Under the pieces are notes generated by a model that worked only from the letters and a program-made list of their open reading frames with translations, was not told the origin of the DNA and did not search any database. From an uncultured bacterium (GTDB taxonomy: Bacteria > JAJVIF01 > JAPKYR01), in assembly GCA_965369865.1 (NCBI GenBank), contig CBDURU010000060.1, positions 1 to 21,098 of the forward strand: a stretch of DNA of 21,098 nt. Direction: 5' to 3'. The translations under genes were made by a program, and so were the position numbers. Below, one piece after another: positions 7,694 through 17,162 of the stretch (the stretch's first letter is position 1; each line of letters begins with the position of its first letter).

Positions 7694-8458
7694 ATGATTA
7701 AACCTGGTATTAATATGGTCCCTGTTCTGTGCCTGCTGGTTATTTTAGGAGCCTGTGGCCCGGGACATGTGGATTCCGGTACAGATGAGCCGGCAGGCAT
7801 CCGCTATGTATTACCGGAAATGCATTCGGATAATACTCATCCTTTAAAGGACCGGTTTTTCCAGGAGGCTTTTCGCGACCTGGATGGCAGGATGGTTCAA
7901 CTTTCGGTCCTTCATGGGAAACCTCTTGTTATTTGTGTTTACTCAAGTTTCCTGACCGATGACGGCAGAAGGAGCCTGCTGGGACTCGAAGCTCTCCTTG
8001 AGGACTTCCACGGCAGGTTTATTACGGCGTTTATCCCTGTCGAGGATCGGGATATTATCCAGCCTTCGATAAAACAGATATCTGAAAATATGCTTTTCCT
8101 GTTCAGGGCAGGCGGTGATGGCACAAATTTATCTCTTGTCGGGAGGTACGGCAAACTTTTCTGGAATCACGACATCATCGCCGCCGATTTCCCTCTCGAT
8201 AAACCTGAAACCCATTACACCAGCCCTTTCTATTGGATAATTGATGAAAATGGCGTTATAAGGGAAAAACTTATCGATTATTCAGATTCAAGAGGTGTCG
8301 GAATCGGCGAGGTCCGCGAAGTGCTGAACGCTCTTATCGGACCTGGCCGCGGTGAACCGTCACCACAGGAATCGCAGGTCCGGGAGGAAATGCCATTGTC
8401 GACTGCCGGATCGGAAACAGGCTTGTCTACATCAAATGCCGGGGAGCATATTGAATGA
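7694..8458 (+). CDS. Putative lipoprotein with TlpA/redoxin-like thioredoxin fold lacking CxxC
   Basis: Hydrophobic signal ending in lipobox LGAC; FRDLDGRMVQLSVLHGKPLVI resembles the TlpA/ResA N-terminal segment and P...IIDENGVIR the cis-Pro strand. ATG7694 chosen for the GGGGA SD (the ORF track starts at TTG7667). Confidence 0.6.
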   Translation: MIKPGINMVPVLCLLVILGACGPGHVDSGTDEPAGIRYVLPEMHSDNTHPLKDRFFQEAFRDLDGRMVQLSVLHGKPLVICVYSSFLTDDGRRSLLGLEALLEDFHGRFITAFIPVEDRDIIQPSIKQISENMLFLFRAGGDGTNLSLVGRYGKLFWNHDIIAADFPLDKPETHYTSPFYWIIDENGVIREKLIDYSDSRGVGIGEVREVLNALIGPGRGEPSPQESQVREEMPLSTAGSETGLSTSNAGEHIE

Positions 8459-10209
8459 TTCGCCGTATCGGAAATAAATCCGGCAAAAGAATCATTATTC
8501 TTGGCCACGATGGTGCGAGTTTCAATTACCTTGATCCGATCCTCAAATCGGGAAAACTTCCAAACTACGAACGCTTTTTTAAATCAGGTGTTCGATCCAA
8601 CTGCCTCTCGACAATCCCTCCGCTTACACCACCCGCGTGGTCTACCATGCTGACCGGGGTGAATCCGGGTAAGCACGGGATATTCGATTTTCTGCAACCG
8701 GATTCATCGGGCGCATTTCATGTGAGCGATGCCAGTACTCGAGTACGGACCACCTTTCTCGACCATGCAAAGGAAAATGACATTCGCACAATCAGCCTGC
8801 TCGTTCCCCACACCTTTCCTCCCGATGAAAATACAAACGGGATTTTTATTTCAGGGTTGGGTACTCCATCCGCCGAAAGCGATTTTATTTATCCGCATGC
8901 TTATCGTGACAGGCTTCTTAATGATTTTGACTTCCTCCGTGACGTCGACCCGACTTCCGGTGAAACCATAGAAACTCTCCACACAAGGCTTCTTGATTTA
9001 ACAACTGGGGCTATCGAACTAGGGAAATTCGCGATGGATGAATTTTCCGGCTGGGGTATTTTCTTTCTCGTTTTCCAGGCTACCGACCTTGTGCCTCATT
9101 TTTATTCAAGATATTTTGATACCGGACACCCGGATTATGACCCTGACGAAAATGTTCCCCCTGAATACAGAACCGCCCTCGCTAAGATTTACGAGGCAAT
9201 CGATCCGTTTCTGGGTGAATGTCTTGATATCATCGAAAGGGATGGTGGCTGGGTGATTATTGTCAGTGATCACGGATCGGGGCCATTAACGGGTGCGATA
9301 GGCAAAGATGCATTTCTAACTGGCTGGCTCGAGGAAAATGGCTACCTCTATACAACTGGCGAGACAGGGAGAACACGCCAGGCATCGAAAGCGGTTGTCG
9401 GATCACTGGCCAACAGGCTTCTCTACCTCGCCAAGAAACATACGCCGCATGGTATGAGAAACCTGATAAACCGGTTAATGGGCCGTACCAAGGGTAAGCT
9501 GATAGAAAAAATTTCAGCGATTCCTTTCATGGAGGACATTACCTGGAGCGAAACGAAAGCCTTCTGTGCCCCTGGTGGTTATGGGGTCGGCCTTTATATC
9601 AACAGGCAGGGTGATTTTCCTCACGGTATTATCCCGCCAGGCGCCGAATATTTTAAAATCCGGGACGAAATCCGCCGGGGCCTGGAATCGCTTCAGATCG
9701 AGCCTGGCGTACCCCTTTTCAGGAGAATAATTCCAAGGGAGGAAGCCCTTTGGGGACCTCAGGTCTATCTTGCACCGGATTTATTTCTCCTCTGGAGGGA
9801 AGATCCGAAGCTGAGGGAAAACGATTTTCGATTGACGAACGGACTGCAACTCGATCCACCCGAGATCAAGTCCGGAAGCAAACTCATATGGAGTGGGACA
9901 CACAGGATTGAGGGTATGGTCGGGATAAGCGGCGATGGTGTAAAACACGGCGCAACATTATCCAAAACTCCATCCCTTACAGATCTTCTCCCAACCATAA
10001 ATTTCCTTTCCGGGCTGCTTATCCCGTCCGATGTGGATGGCCGGATAATCTCTGGTGCGTTTGAAGCCGATTTCCTGGATGAAAACGAACCAGTAATCGG
10101 TCCCCCTGAAGGCGGGCTAAAATCTCCCGACGATACTAAGCCTGGAAAATCAATGGAAGAATCGGAAAAAATGATTGAGCTATTGGAGGGTCTGGGGTAT
10201 CTTAATTAA
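8455..10209 (+). CDS. Alkaline phosphatase superfamily protein (type I phosphodiesterase / nucleotide pyrophosphatase-like)
   Basis: IIILGHDGA, STIPPLTPPAWSTMLTG.NPGKHGIFDF (Thr nucleophile region), TD..PH, VSDHG, GTHR..G and C-terminal L..LGYL; ATGA overlap with the upstream gene. Confidence 0.88.
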   Translation: MIRRIGNKSGKRIIILGHDGASFNYLDPILKSGKLPNYERFFKSGVRSNCLSTIPPLTPPAWSTMLTGVNPGKHGIFDFLQPDSSGAFHVSDASTRVRTTFLDHAKENDIRTISLLVPHTFPPDENTNGIFISGLGTPSAESDFIYPHAYRDRLLNDFDFLRDVDPTSGETIETLHTRLLDLTTGAIELGKFAMDEFSGWGIFFLVFQATDLVPHFYSRYFDTGHPDYDPDENVPPEYRTALAKIYEAIDPFLGECLDIIERDGGWVIIVSDHGSGPLTGAIGKDAFLTGWLEENGYLYTTGETGRTRQASKAVVGSLANRLLYLAKKHTPHGMRNLINRLMGRTKGKLIEKISAIPFMEDITWSETKAFCAPGGYGVGLYINRQGDFPHGIIPPGAEYFKIRDEIRRGLESLQIEPGVPLFRRIIPREEALWGPQVYLAPDLFLLWREDPKLRENDFRLTNGLQLDPPEIKSGSKLIWSGTHRIEGMVGISGDGVKHGATLSKTPSLTDLLPTINFLSGLLIPSDVDGRIISGAFEADFLDENEPVIGPPEGGLKSPDDTKPGKSMEESEKMIELLEGLGYLN

Positions 10210-10259
10210 TCGAGTACAGCCGATACTATTAATGTATTATGAAGGCAAAGGAGTAATGG

Positions 10260-10640
10260 TTGAAAATGGCATTGGTAGAAACAGAATTTGATTCGGAAGA
10301 AATATCCATCGAACGTGCTGAAAAACATGAACTGCGCAGGCGCGACACGTCCACTTTTGTCAAGGGCATGGTAATTGGATTCGGGCTGGCTGCTGTCGCG
10401 AGCGTGTTTCTTAACCTGTTCCAGGAGCAAAGAGAACGAAGGCGGGACATGATGCGAACGGAAAGCCGTTTCAGGAGCCAGGATGAATCCGGCAACGTTC
10501 TGGGCGACCTTTCGAATATCATCGATGAGTCGTCATCGGCGTTTAGCGATGCTATCAAGACGCTTGATAAAACCTTCGAGGCGGGGCAGTCAGCCATTGA
10601 AAGTGTCCAGAACGTGATTGATAAAATCCGTGAGCCTTGA
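10260..10640 (+). CDS. Small single-TM protein, YtxH-like
   Basis: AAGGAG SD 6 nt before TTG10260 (alternative ATG10266); one Gly/Ala-rich hydrophobic segment FVKGMVIGFGLAAVASVFL followed by a charged helical tail. Confidence 0.55.
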   Translation: MKMALVETEFDSEEISIERAEKHELRRRDTSTFVKGMVIGFGLAAVASVFLNLFQEQRERRRDMMRTESRFRSQDESGNVLGDLSNIIDESSSAFSDAIKTLDKTFEAGQSAIESVQNVIDKIREP

Positions 10641-10790
10641 ATTTTTTAAAAGTATCGATCCAATCCAGCACTGCTTCCCAGCTTGTTAAGGACTAACTAA
10701 ATATGTACTATAATCAACAAACCGGTAATGCTGTCGGCATAATTATTTTTTACATTTTCACCAAACGGATTGGACTGGTGGAGCACTAAA

Positions 10791-11378
10791 TTGAAAGCCA
10801 TTATTAAACCCATTCAAATATCGACTGACCTCTCCAATCTGGCGGTCAATATTCCAATTTCACTTGCATTCGCCATTGTAATCGCCTTGTCTGCGAGATT
10901 AAGCTTCATGCTGCCTTTAAACCCCGTTCCAGTTACGCTGCAAACAGCAGCCGTCCTCCTTGCCGGTTTCCTGCTCGGACCTCGTTGGGGCTTTGTAAGT
11001 GTGATCTCCTATATCGCGATGGGAATAATGGGAGCACCGGTTTTCGCAATGGGAGTATCCGGACCTGGAATTTTCTTTTCGCCGACATTCGGTTACATCC
11101 TGGCTTTTCCCATTGTTGCCTGGCTTGTTGGTTTCCTTTCACATCGGACTGCGATTTCTGTGCTAACCGGCTTCCTGATCAGTTTAGCTGGGTTGCTTGT
11201 ATTATTCCTGGTTGGAATGCTTTGGCTTGCTGGATTCAATATAATTGGAGGCTCCAGTTGGTTTGAAGCGATAAAGGTGGCCTGGTTACTTGGAGTCGTT
11301 CCGTTTTTCTGGATTGACCTCTTAAAAGGAATGCTCGCTGCCGGGATATGGTGCACCTGCGGATTCCTGAAAAAATAA
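10791..11378 (+). CDS. bioY: Biotin transporter S-component BioY
   Basis: PVPVTLQT, LGPRWG..SV..Y...G..G.PVFA.G..G, PTFGYI..F and PF...D..K motifs; highly hydrophobic. TTG10791 chosen for GGAG at 10780-10783; TATAAT at 10709-10714 upstream. Confidence 0.92.
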   Translation: MKAIIKPIQISTDLSNLAVNIPISLAFAIVIALSARLSFMLPLNPVPVTLQTAAVLLAGFLLGPRWGFVSVISYIAMGIMGAPVFAMGVSGPGIFFSPTFGYILAFPIVAWLVGFLSHRTAISVLTGFLISLAGLLVLFLVGMLWLAGFNIIGGSSWFEAIKVAWLLGVVPFFWIDLLKGMLAAGIWCTCGFLKK

Positions 11379-11419
11379 TTTTCTTGCAGAAACTAATTCC
11401 TTGAATAGAATTGGGCTCC

Positions 11420-11448
11420 TTGACTAACACTATCCTCCAATATATAAT
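11420..11448 (+). promoter_or_regulatory. Near-consensus sigma70 promoter for the FG-GAP lipoprotein
   Basis: TTGACT (11420-11425)-N17-TATAAT (11443-11448). Confidence 0.75.
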
Positions 11449-11535
11449 TTAATCAGGGAGTATTGCCGTGTATTTGTTTTTATATCAGCTATTTTAAATG
11501 GACAATAACTCACCCCATCTTTGGGAGGTATCAAT

Positions 11536-14166
11536 ATGCGCGTTCAACGCTTGATTATGTTTGTTACAGCACTCCTGTGTGCGGTTGGTTTTTTAATTCC
11601 GGGATGCTCGAAAAGCTCACCGGTAACACCGGATACTGATACTCCTGAAATTGCCATCGAAAATTCCGGTGCCAGCTCAAATCACCACTTGTTCGCTGAA
11701 TATAATGTCATTATACGCGACGTGTTGGATAGTACGGGAAACACGATAGACGTGGAACTGGAAGTCCAGCCTCTTCGATCATCGAATATCCATATCGATA
11801 TAGTAACTTTGCTGATGCCACCGTTCTGTCCTGACTGCCTGCATTTCGGTGTCGCGGACTTCGTGCCTGGCCCCGTTGAAAGTACTTTCACGATCACAAT
11901 ACTGGCCTTTAATCCGTTCCCGACGGTCACAGGTTACGATCTCAGGTGCCTGATACAGCCTCCAATCGCTATGTGTACGCTTGACAATGCGGATGGCTGG
12001 ACTGAACTTTACAATGAAGTCGCACCCGACCCCCGGAATCCGTACGTCGCCTTTAACAAGGAAACACCACTCAGCCCGTTTGCCGGGTCGGATACTGTCG
12101 GGACAAGCGCGATACTCAGGAAAAACAACGCTTATAAATTGCTTGAGATGGTTCTCAAAATGGATGTAAGCTGGCCATCTAACGCTGAGGAAGCCGTGGG
12201 ATCCTGGATCGCGCCCATTACCGGGCCAATCTACCCCCAAGGCTCAAATGCATGGATTATACTTGCAATCACCGACTGGCAGAATGATATCTCAACCGTC
12301 GAGCTTGATCTTTCCGAGTTCAATGGCGCTGGGATCGTTCCAATGGCCAAAATAGACGAAAATCCTGAAAATTACACAACAACATGGCAATATCTCCTTA
12401 CTGAAGGTGCAGGAAATCCGGCCGGACCGCGAAGGATATGGCTCCAGGTTACCGATCCGGTTGAACCTTACAAATATTACCAGGCTATCGACGTCGAATG
12501 TACATATGATCAGGACCCACCTGTCTGGAAGAACCCACTCGAGGTTGGAATATTCGACCATATCTCAGGACCCGAATTTATTTGGCTTTTCTATTATGAG
12601 GCCTGGGATGTTTCTCTTCCGATTCAATATATCTTTTGGGGAAACGACCAGTCAAGCCCCTTTGATGGAGATCTGCTTAATGTAAAAATTGAAGGACCTG
12701 GCGTGAACGTGTTTGGAGAAACTGCCGGGGCACCGGCTAATGTCAAGCGCTGGTTCGGTATTCGCCTTCTGGATGCGCAGGGTTGGTACGATGATGACAT
12801 GAACGAGTATTCCTGTACGAGGCACTCGATGGATGCCCGATGGTCGCGTAAGGACAGCAAGGTTGGTTCTCTCGATGGAATCCTCGGGTCGCCAGCAATT
12901 GGCGATGTAGACGGTGACGGGATCGATGATATCGTTGTTGGGTCGAGAAACCACTTTGTTTTTGCTTATCGCGGGGACGGAACGGGCAATGAAGACACCC
13001 GGATCTGGACACACCCCGATGCCGGTAAAACCGATGGTGAGATTCAATGTACTCCCGCCCTGGCTGACCTGAACGATGATGGCAAACTGGATGTGATTGT
13101 CGCCAGCGATGACGTTAAAATCTGGGCTTTCAACGGTGCGGACGGTCTGCCGTTATGGACTTATGACGCTGGGACCGGTTACCTGATGCATGCATCCCCA
13201 TCAATTGGCTTCCTTAATGGTGACAATGTTCCCGATGTGATTGTTGGATCCGGCGATGGTGTCATGATCGCTCTCGATGGAACAGACGGCACTGAACTTT
13301 GGACGTTCCCCGATCCGGGCAACGGTATCGCAGGTACACCGGGTCTTGGTGATGTTACAGGCGATGGAATCGTCGATGTTTTCTTCGGTGCTTACGATAC
13401 GAAGGTTTATTGCATTGACGGCTCGACCGGAGTTAAGATTTGGGATCATTATGTCGGTCCGGCACTTTACAACGTTATGTCGGCCCCGGCGATCGTGGAT
13501 GTGAACGGTGATGAAATTCCCGATTGTATTTTCAGTGCCATCAATTTCGTTAACGATTCAATTGGCGCGCTTATCGCACTGAATGGACTTAACGGGGAAG
13601 TAATCTGGACGAACTCCGAGATCTGGGGCAATCCGAAAACAGGTCCGGCGGCGGCTTATATCGATGATGATTCTGTAATCGATTTCGTTGTTACCGCGAC
13701 ACAGACTGAGATTTTCTCTGTTTATGCTATCAGCGGCGCCACCGGGCAAACGATTTATAAAAGATTAAGTCCAAACGTCGATCCGGATACCGCCTTCTCC
13801 TATACAGCGCCGATTATCGGTGACTTCACCGCTGACGGGCATCTCAATGGCATGTTCGGACGGGAAGACGGGTTTGTCGATCTATTCAATATCGGTGATC
13901 TCGACTATCCGGGTGACTTCGGCGGTAAGATTCTCTTCAGTGCGATGGTATCTACCGGCAGCCAGAAACAAATCTTTGGTGTACCCGCGGTTGCCGATGT
14001 GGACGGCGATAACGAACTTGAACTTATCGCGTGTAACCTTCGCGGTTACACTTACGTACTCGATCTCAATGCCGCTGTCCCTGAAGATATCTTGTATCGT
14101 GCATGGATGCAGCATTCCGGCAACCGATGGCACACAGGGCAGCCGTATTTCGAACCTCCTAAATAG
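11536..14166 (+). CDS. Large lipoprotein with C-terminal FG-GAP/PQQ-like beta-propeller repeats
   Basis: GGAGG SD then ATG11536; signal peptide with lipobox IPGC; about seven SPA.GD.DGDG..D..V repeats alternating with A.DG.DG..LW strands; N-terminal ~430 aa not recognised. Confidence 0.82.
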   Translation: MRVQRLIMFVTALLCAVGFLIPGCSKSSPVTPDTDTPEIAIENSGASSNHHLFAEYNVIIRDVLDSTGNTIDVELEVQPLRSSNIHIDIVTLLMPPFCPDCLHFGVADFVPGPVESTFTITILAFNPFPTVTGYDLRCLIQPPIAMCTLDNADGWTELYNEVAPDPRNPYVAFNKETPLSPFAGSDTVGTSAILRKNNAYKLLEMVLKMDVSWPSNAEEAVGSWIAPITGPIYPQGSNAWIILAITDWQNDISTVELDLSEFNGAGIVPMAKIDENPENYTTTWQYLLTEGAGNPAGPRRIWLQVTDPVEPYKYYQAIDVECTYDQDPPVWKNPLEVGIFDHISGPEFIWLFYYEAWDVSLPIQYIFWGNDQSSPFDGDLLNVKIEGPGVNVFGETAGAPANVKRWFGIRLLDAQGWYDDDMNEYSCTRHSMDARWSRKDSKVGSLDGILGSPAIGDVDGDGIDDIVVGSRNHFVFAYRGDGTGNEDTRIWTHPDAGKTDGEIQCTPALADLNDDGKLDVIVASDDVKIWAFNGADGLPLWTYDAGTGYLMHASPSIGFLNGDNVPDVIVGSGDGVMIALDGTDGTELWTFPDPGNGIAGTPGLGDVTGDGIVDVFFGAYDTKVYCIDGSTGVKIWDHYVGPALYNVMSAPAIVDVNGDEIPDCIFSAINFVNDSIGALIALNGLNGEVIWTNSEIWGNPKTGPAAAYIDDDSVIDFVVTATQTEIFSVYAISGATGQTIYKRLSPNVDPDTAFSYTAPIIGDFTADGHLNGMFGREDGFVDLFNIGDLDYPGDFGGKILFSAMVSTGSQKQIFGVPAVADVDGDNELELIACNLRGYTYVLDLNAAVPEDILYRAWMQHSGNRWHTGQPYFEPPK

Positions 14167-14197
14167 TCCCTGATTCTATAAATTAAAAATATAATCT

Positions 14198-14224
14198 AGC
14201 TCAGGTTACCGACCTGGGTTTTTG
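14198..14224 (+). terminator. Rho-independent terminator after the FG-GAP lipoprotein gene
   Basis: AGCTCAGGT-TACCG-ACCTGGGTT stem (two G-U pairs) running into a T-tract. Confidence 0.65.
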
Positions 14225-14251
14225 TCTGGACCGGTTACGGTATAATCTCCA

Positions 14252-15025
14252 ATGATGGAAATCCTCAAGACCAATGCGGAAATCAGGAACGATGCTTCAT
14301 CCTGGGTAAAAAGTATCTCTATGGCCATTGACCGGGATCAATCTCAAAAAACAACAATCCTTGGCCCCTTTATTGAGCCATGGACCCTGGCTGTTACAAT
14401 CGGTGAATTGGTAGATAACAAATTAAGATGGAGAGAAATTGCGCCTGACAATAAACCCAGAATGAAATGTCTAGAGGTGACACACACAAATAACCTGCTC
14501 GATTGGGCCAGACCGGATTTCAAAATTATCCGCGTACGTCCTGATAACCTTTTCGATCCACCATCACGGGCTGAAATGCTTGAATCTCTTTATCAATTAC
14601 TGGATAAAAGGGCATCCATTGGCGACATTTTCAAGATCGAAGGAGGATGGGCTGTATCAATCGCATTGCCGGGTGTAATCCCAGACACCATGCCCGGTTT
14701 CACGATCCGGGATCTTACTCATGAAGAAATCGATGAACTTCCCGATGCGACACAATCCGGGAAACGGACTGTTTCGGTCTCGTCCCCGCGAATCGACGCG
14801 GTGGCTGCAAAGGTCCTGAAACCAAGCCGCGAGAAGGTCAAAAAACATCTTGATTCGCGCGGAGTACTCCTGAATTACAAACCCGCAAGAAAACCGGGAA
14901 TAGAACTGGTTCCCGGCGATATTGTCGCGGTCAGGGGAGGGGGCAGGTTCCGATTTAATGAAATCCTTGGCTCATCAAAAAAAGGCAGGATACAAGTTGA
15001 GGTCGAAATTCTGAATGGCCCATGA
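14252..15025 (+). CDS. ylmH: YlmH/Sll1252-family S4-domain RNA-binding protein
   Basis: 257 aa; C-terminal S4 domain TVSVSSPRIDAV....SRE.......G.V.LNY......L..GD.VAVRGGGRF......SKKGRI; IGDI motif upstream. The N-terminal half is divergent. Confidence 0.7.
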   Translation: MMEILKTNAEIRNDASSWVKSISMAIDRDQSQKTTILGPFIEPWTLAVTIGELVDNKLRWREIAPDNKPRMKCLEVTHTNNLLDWARPDFKIIRVRPDNLFDPPSRAEMLESLYQLLDKRASIGDIFKIEGGWAVSIALPGVIPDTMPGFTIRDLTHEEIDELPDATQSGKRTVSVSSPRIDAVAAKVLKPSREKVKKHLDSRGVLLNYKPARKPGIELVPGDIVAVRGGGRFRFNEILGSSKKGRIQVEVEILNGP

Positions 15026-15031
15026 TATAAT
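15023..15031 (+). promoter_or_regulatory. Extended -10 promoter candidate for rarA
   Basis: TG-A-TATAAT overlapping the upstream stop codon, 27 nt before ATG15059. Confidence 0.45.
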
Positions 15032-15058
15032 GCTACTAAACAATTATTGGGTATAATC

Positions 15059-16411
15059 ATGACCCTTTTTGATAAATCTGAACTGGTATCCGACCTTGAG
15101 AACGAGTCTCTACCACTCGCCGCACGGCTTCGCCCACAGTCAATTTCCGAAATGGTCGGCCAGTCAAGGCTCATTTCAGAGAACGGTGCTATCGCGCGGA
15201 TGGTTCGGACCAGGCACCTCCATTCATTCATACTCTGGGGACCACCCGGCTGCGGAAAAACCACTCTCGCACGGGCACTCGCTAACGAACTCGATGTAAA
15301 TTTCAGGGAATTCTCGGCTGTCACGAGTACGGTCAAGGATGTCCGTCAGGTTGTAAAGGATGCCAAAGAGGCAAAGAAGCTTACAGGAATCCAGACAATC
15401 CTGTTCATCGACGAGCTGCACCGGTTCAACAAACTCCAGCAGGACGCATTTCTTCCACATATTGAAAACGCGATAATCATCCTCATTGGGGCTACAACTG
15501 AAAACCCGTACTTCTCGATCAACTCAGCCCTGAGAAGCAGGCTTACTGTCTACAAGCTTGAAACATTAACCACCGATGATCTGAAAATCCTCTCGGACCG
15601 TGTAATTGAGTTTTTTAACGATGGGGTAGAGAACGGGGATAAGTACAATCTTCACGATGACGTCAGGGATTCACTACTGATGCAGTCCGGGGGTGACGCA
15701 CGTACGCTGATCGGTACTCTTGAGGTCGCGAAAACCCTTCTGGATGAAGCGGGCCATGATGAAGGCAGGGAATTCACCCATGAAGTAATTGAAAATGCGA
15801 TGCAGGCCGCATACCGTGTCTACGATCGTACCGGCGATATGCATTACGACACGATTTCCGCGTATATCAAAAGCATGCGTGGAAGCGACCCGGACGCGGC
15901 GATCTATTACCTTGCAAAAATGCTCGCCAGTGGTGAGGACCCGAAATTTATCGCGAGACGGCTTGTGATCCAGGCTGCGGAGGATGTCGGCAATGCCAAT
16001 CCTATGGCGCTCGTGGTTGCGAATGCCGCGAGGGAAGCGGTTGAATTTATAGGTATGCCGGAAGCCCAGATTCCACTGGCACAAGCGACGATCTATGTAG
16101 CAACCAGCCCGAAATCGAATGCAGCCGTCAAGGCTATCTCATCCGCGATGAAGGATATCGAGGATGGGAAAAATTACCCGCCTCCATTGCATTTAAGGAA
16201 CGCGCCTGTCCCTGAAATGAAAACGGTTCATGGCCATTCGGAAGGATACAAGTACGCTCATTCGCATCCTGGTGGAATTGTGGATTTACAGTACCTCCCC
16301 GATGAAATGGTCGGGAGTGAGTACTATCGACCGTCCGGTCATGGAAAGGAAAAAGCCATCAAAGAATGGCTTGAAAAATTCCGCGATATAAAAAACAGCG
16401 GTAACGATTGA
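15059..16411 (+). CDS. rarA: Replication-associated recombination protein A (RarA/MgsA AAA+ ATPase)
   Basis: PLAARLRP, Walker A GPPGCGKTT, Walker B LFIDELHRFNK.QQD, GATTENP, SA.IKSMRGSDPDAA, EDVGNANP and PLHLRN motifs. ATG15059 preferred over TTG15047. Confidence 0.95.
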   Translation: MTLFDKSELVSDLENESLPLAARLRPQSISEMVGQSRLISENGAIARMVRTRHLHSFILWGPPGCGKTTLARALANELDVNFREFSAVTSTVKDVRQVVKDAKEAKKLTGIQTILFIDELHRFNKLQQDAFLPHIENAIIILIGATTENPYFSINSALRSRLTVYKLETLTTDDLKILSDRVIEFFNDGVENGDKYNLHDDVRDSLLMQSGGDARTLIGTLEVAKTLLDEAGHDEGREFTHEVIENAMQAAYRVYDRTGDMHYDTISAYIKSMRGSDPDAAIYYLAKMLASGEDPKFIARRLVIQAAEDVGNANPMALVVANAAREAVEFIGMPEAQIPLAQATIYVATSPKSNAAVKAISSAMKDIEDGKNYPPPLHLRNAPVPEMKTVHGHSEGYKYAHSHPGGIVDLQYLPDEMVGSEYYRPSGHGKEKAIKEWLEKFRDIKNSGND

Positions 16412-16424
16412 ATAATTTTTTACA

Positions 16425-17162
16425 TTAGCCTTTTCCTCTCACTACCCCTACAAGATACTCTGCAAGAGCTGCACGCTCAGGTTTAAATTCATATCCCAAC
16501 GCATCAGCCTCAGAACCATCATCGACGGACGGTTTCGGTTTGATTCCAAGCGAGCCTTTAATTAAAAGATAAGTATTTTTAAAAATTACACCGGCAGGTG
16601 AATAATTTTTCCCAACCACAAACTGGCCGTAAATTTCAATTTCCCATTTCTCCGAAGGAAAATGATCCTCTAAAAGTTTACGGAATTCCGCCAGCGTAAA
16701 TTCCTTCACATGAAACGGGTTCTTTTGCGATGAAACTTTTACCCCTCCATTTGGTGTGCTCAGAATAAAAATCCCACCTTGTTTTATAACCCTTCCGGCT
16801 TCCTTAAGTAGATCTCCTGGATTTTCAATATGCTCGATTACCTCGAAACATACTCCGGCATCGAATTCATTTTCCGGGTATGAAAGCCTGGTTACATCCC
16901 CTGTCTTGAAATCCACTTTATCCGACGAATACAGTTCGAGTGCGTTCACAACAGCTTCCTCGCTGAGATCCACACCAACAACTGTTTCAGCGAAACCACC
17001 CAGCAAATAAGAACCGTATCCCTCACCGCAACCGATATCGATTACATTCATCCCTTCAATGAATTTAACTGCGAACTTGTAACGCGCGCGATGTTCGGCC
17101 ACAAGATATGCCGGACTTTTATCGGGCACAAGTCGCTCACCTGTGAAATCGAGATCTGTCAA
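16425..17162 (-). CDS. Class I SAM-dependent methyltransferase
   Basis: FTGER, H.ARY.FA, motif I VIDIGCGEGYG, FEVIEH, STPN and NPFH..E; a type often found in glycan loci. ATGA overlap with the GT2 gene. Confidence 0.9.
   Translation of the reverse strand: MTDLDFTGERLVPDKSPAYLVAEHRARYKFAVKFIEGMNVIDIGCGEGYGSYLLGGFAETVVGVDLSEEAVVNALELYSSDKVDFKTGDVTRLSYPENEFDAGVCFEVIEHIENPGDLLKEAGRVIKQGGIFILSTPNGGVKVSSQKNPFHVKEFTLAEFRKLLEDHFPSEKWEIEIYGQFVVGKNYSPAGVIFKNTYLLIKGSLGIKPKPSVDDGSEADALGYEFKPERAALAEYLVGVVRGKG

Noticed and set aside
10229..10597. Minus-strand 122-aa ORF as the real gene at this locus
   Set aside because: The plus-strand ORF 10260-10640 has a clear AAGGAG SD, a plausible TM segment and matches the orientation of its neighbours.
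10683..10720. BirA-like operator upstream of bioY (TTGTTAA ... TCAACAA)
   Set aside because: The half-sites are 24 nt apart and imperfect, versus roughly 15 nt in known BirA boxes.
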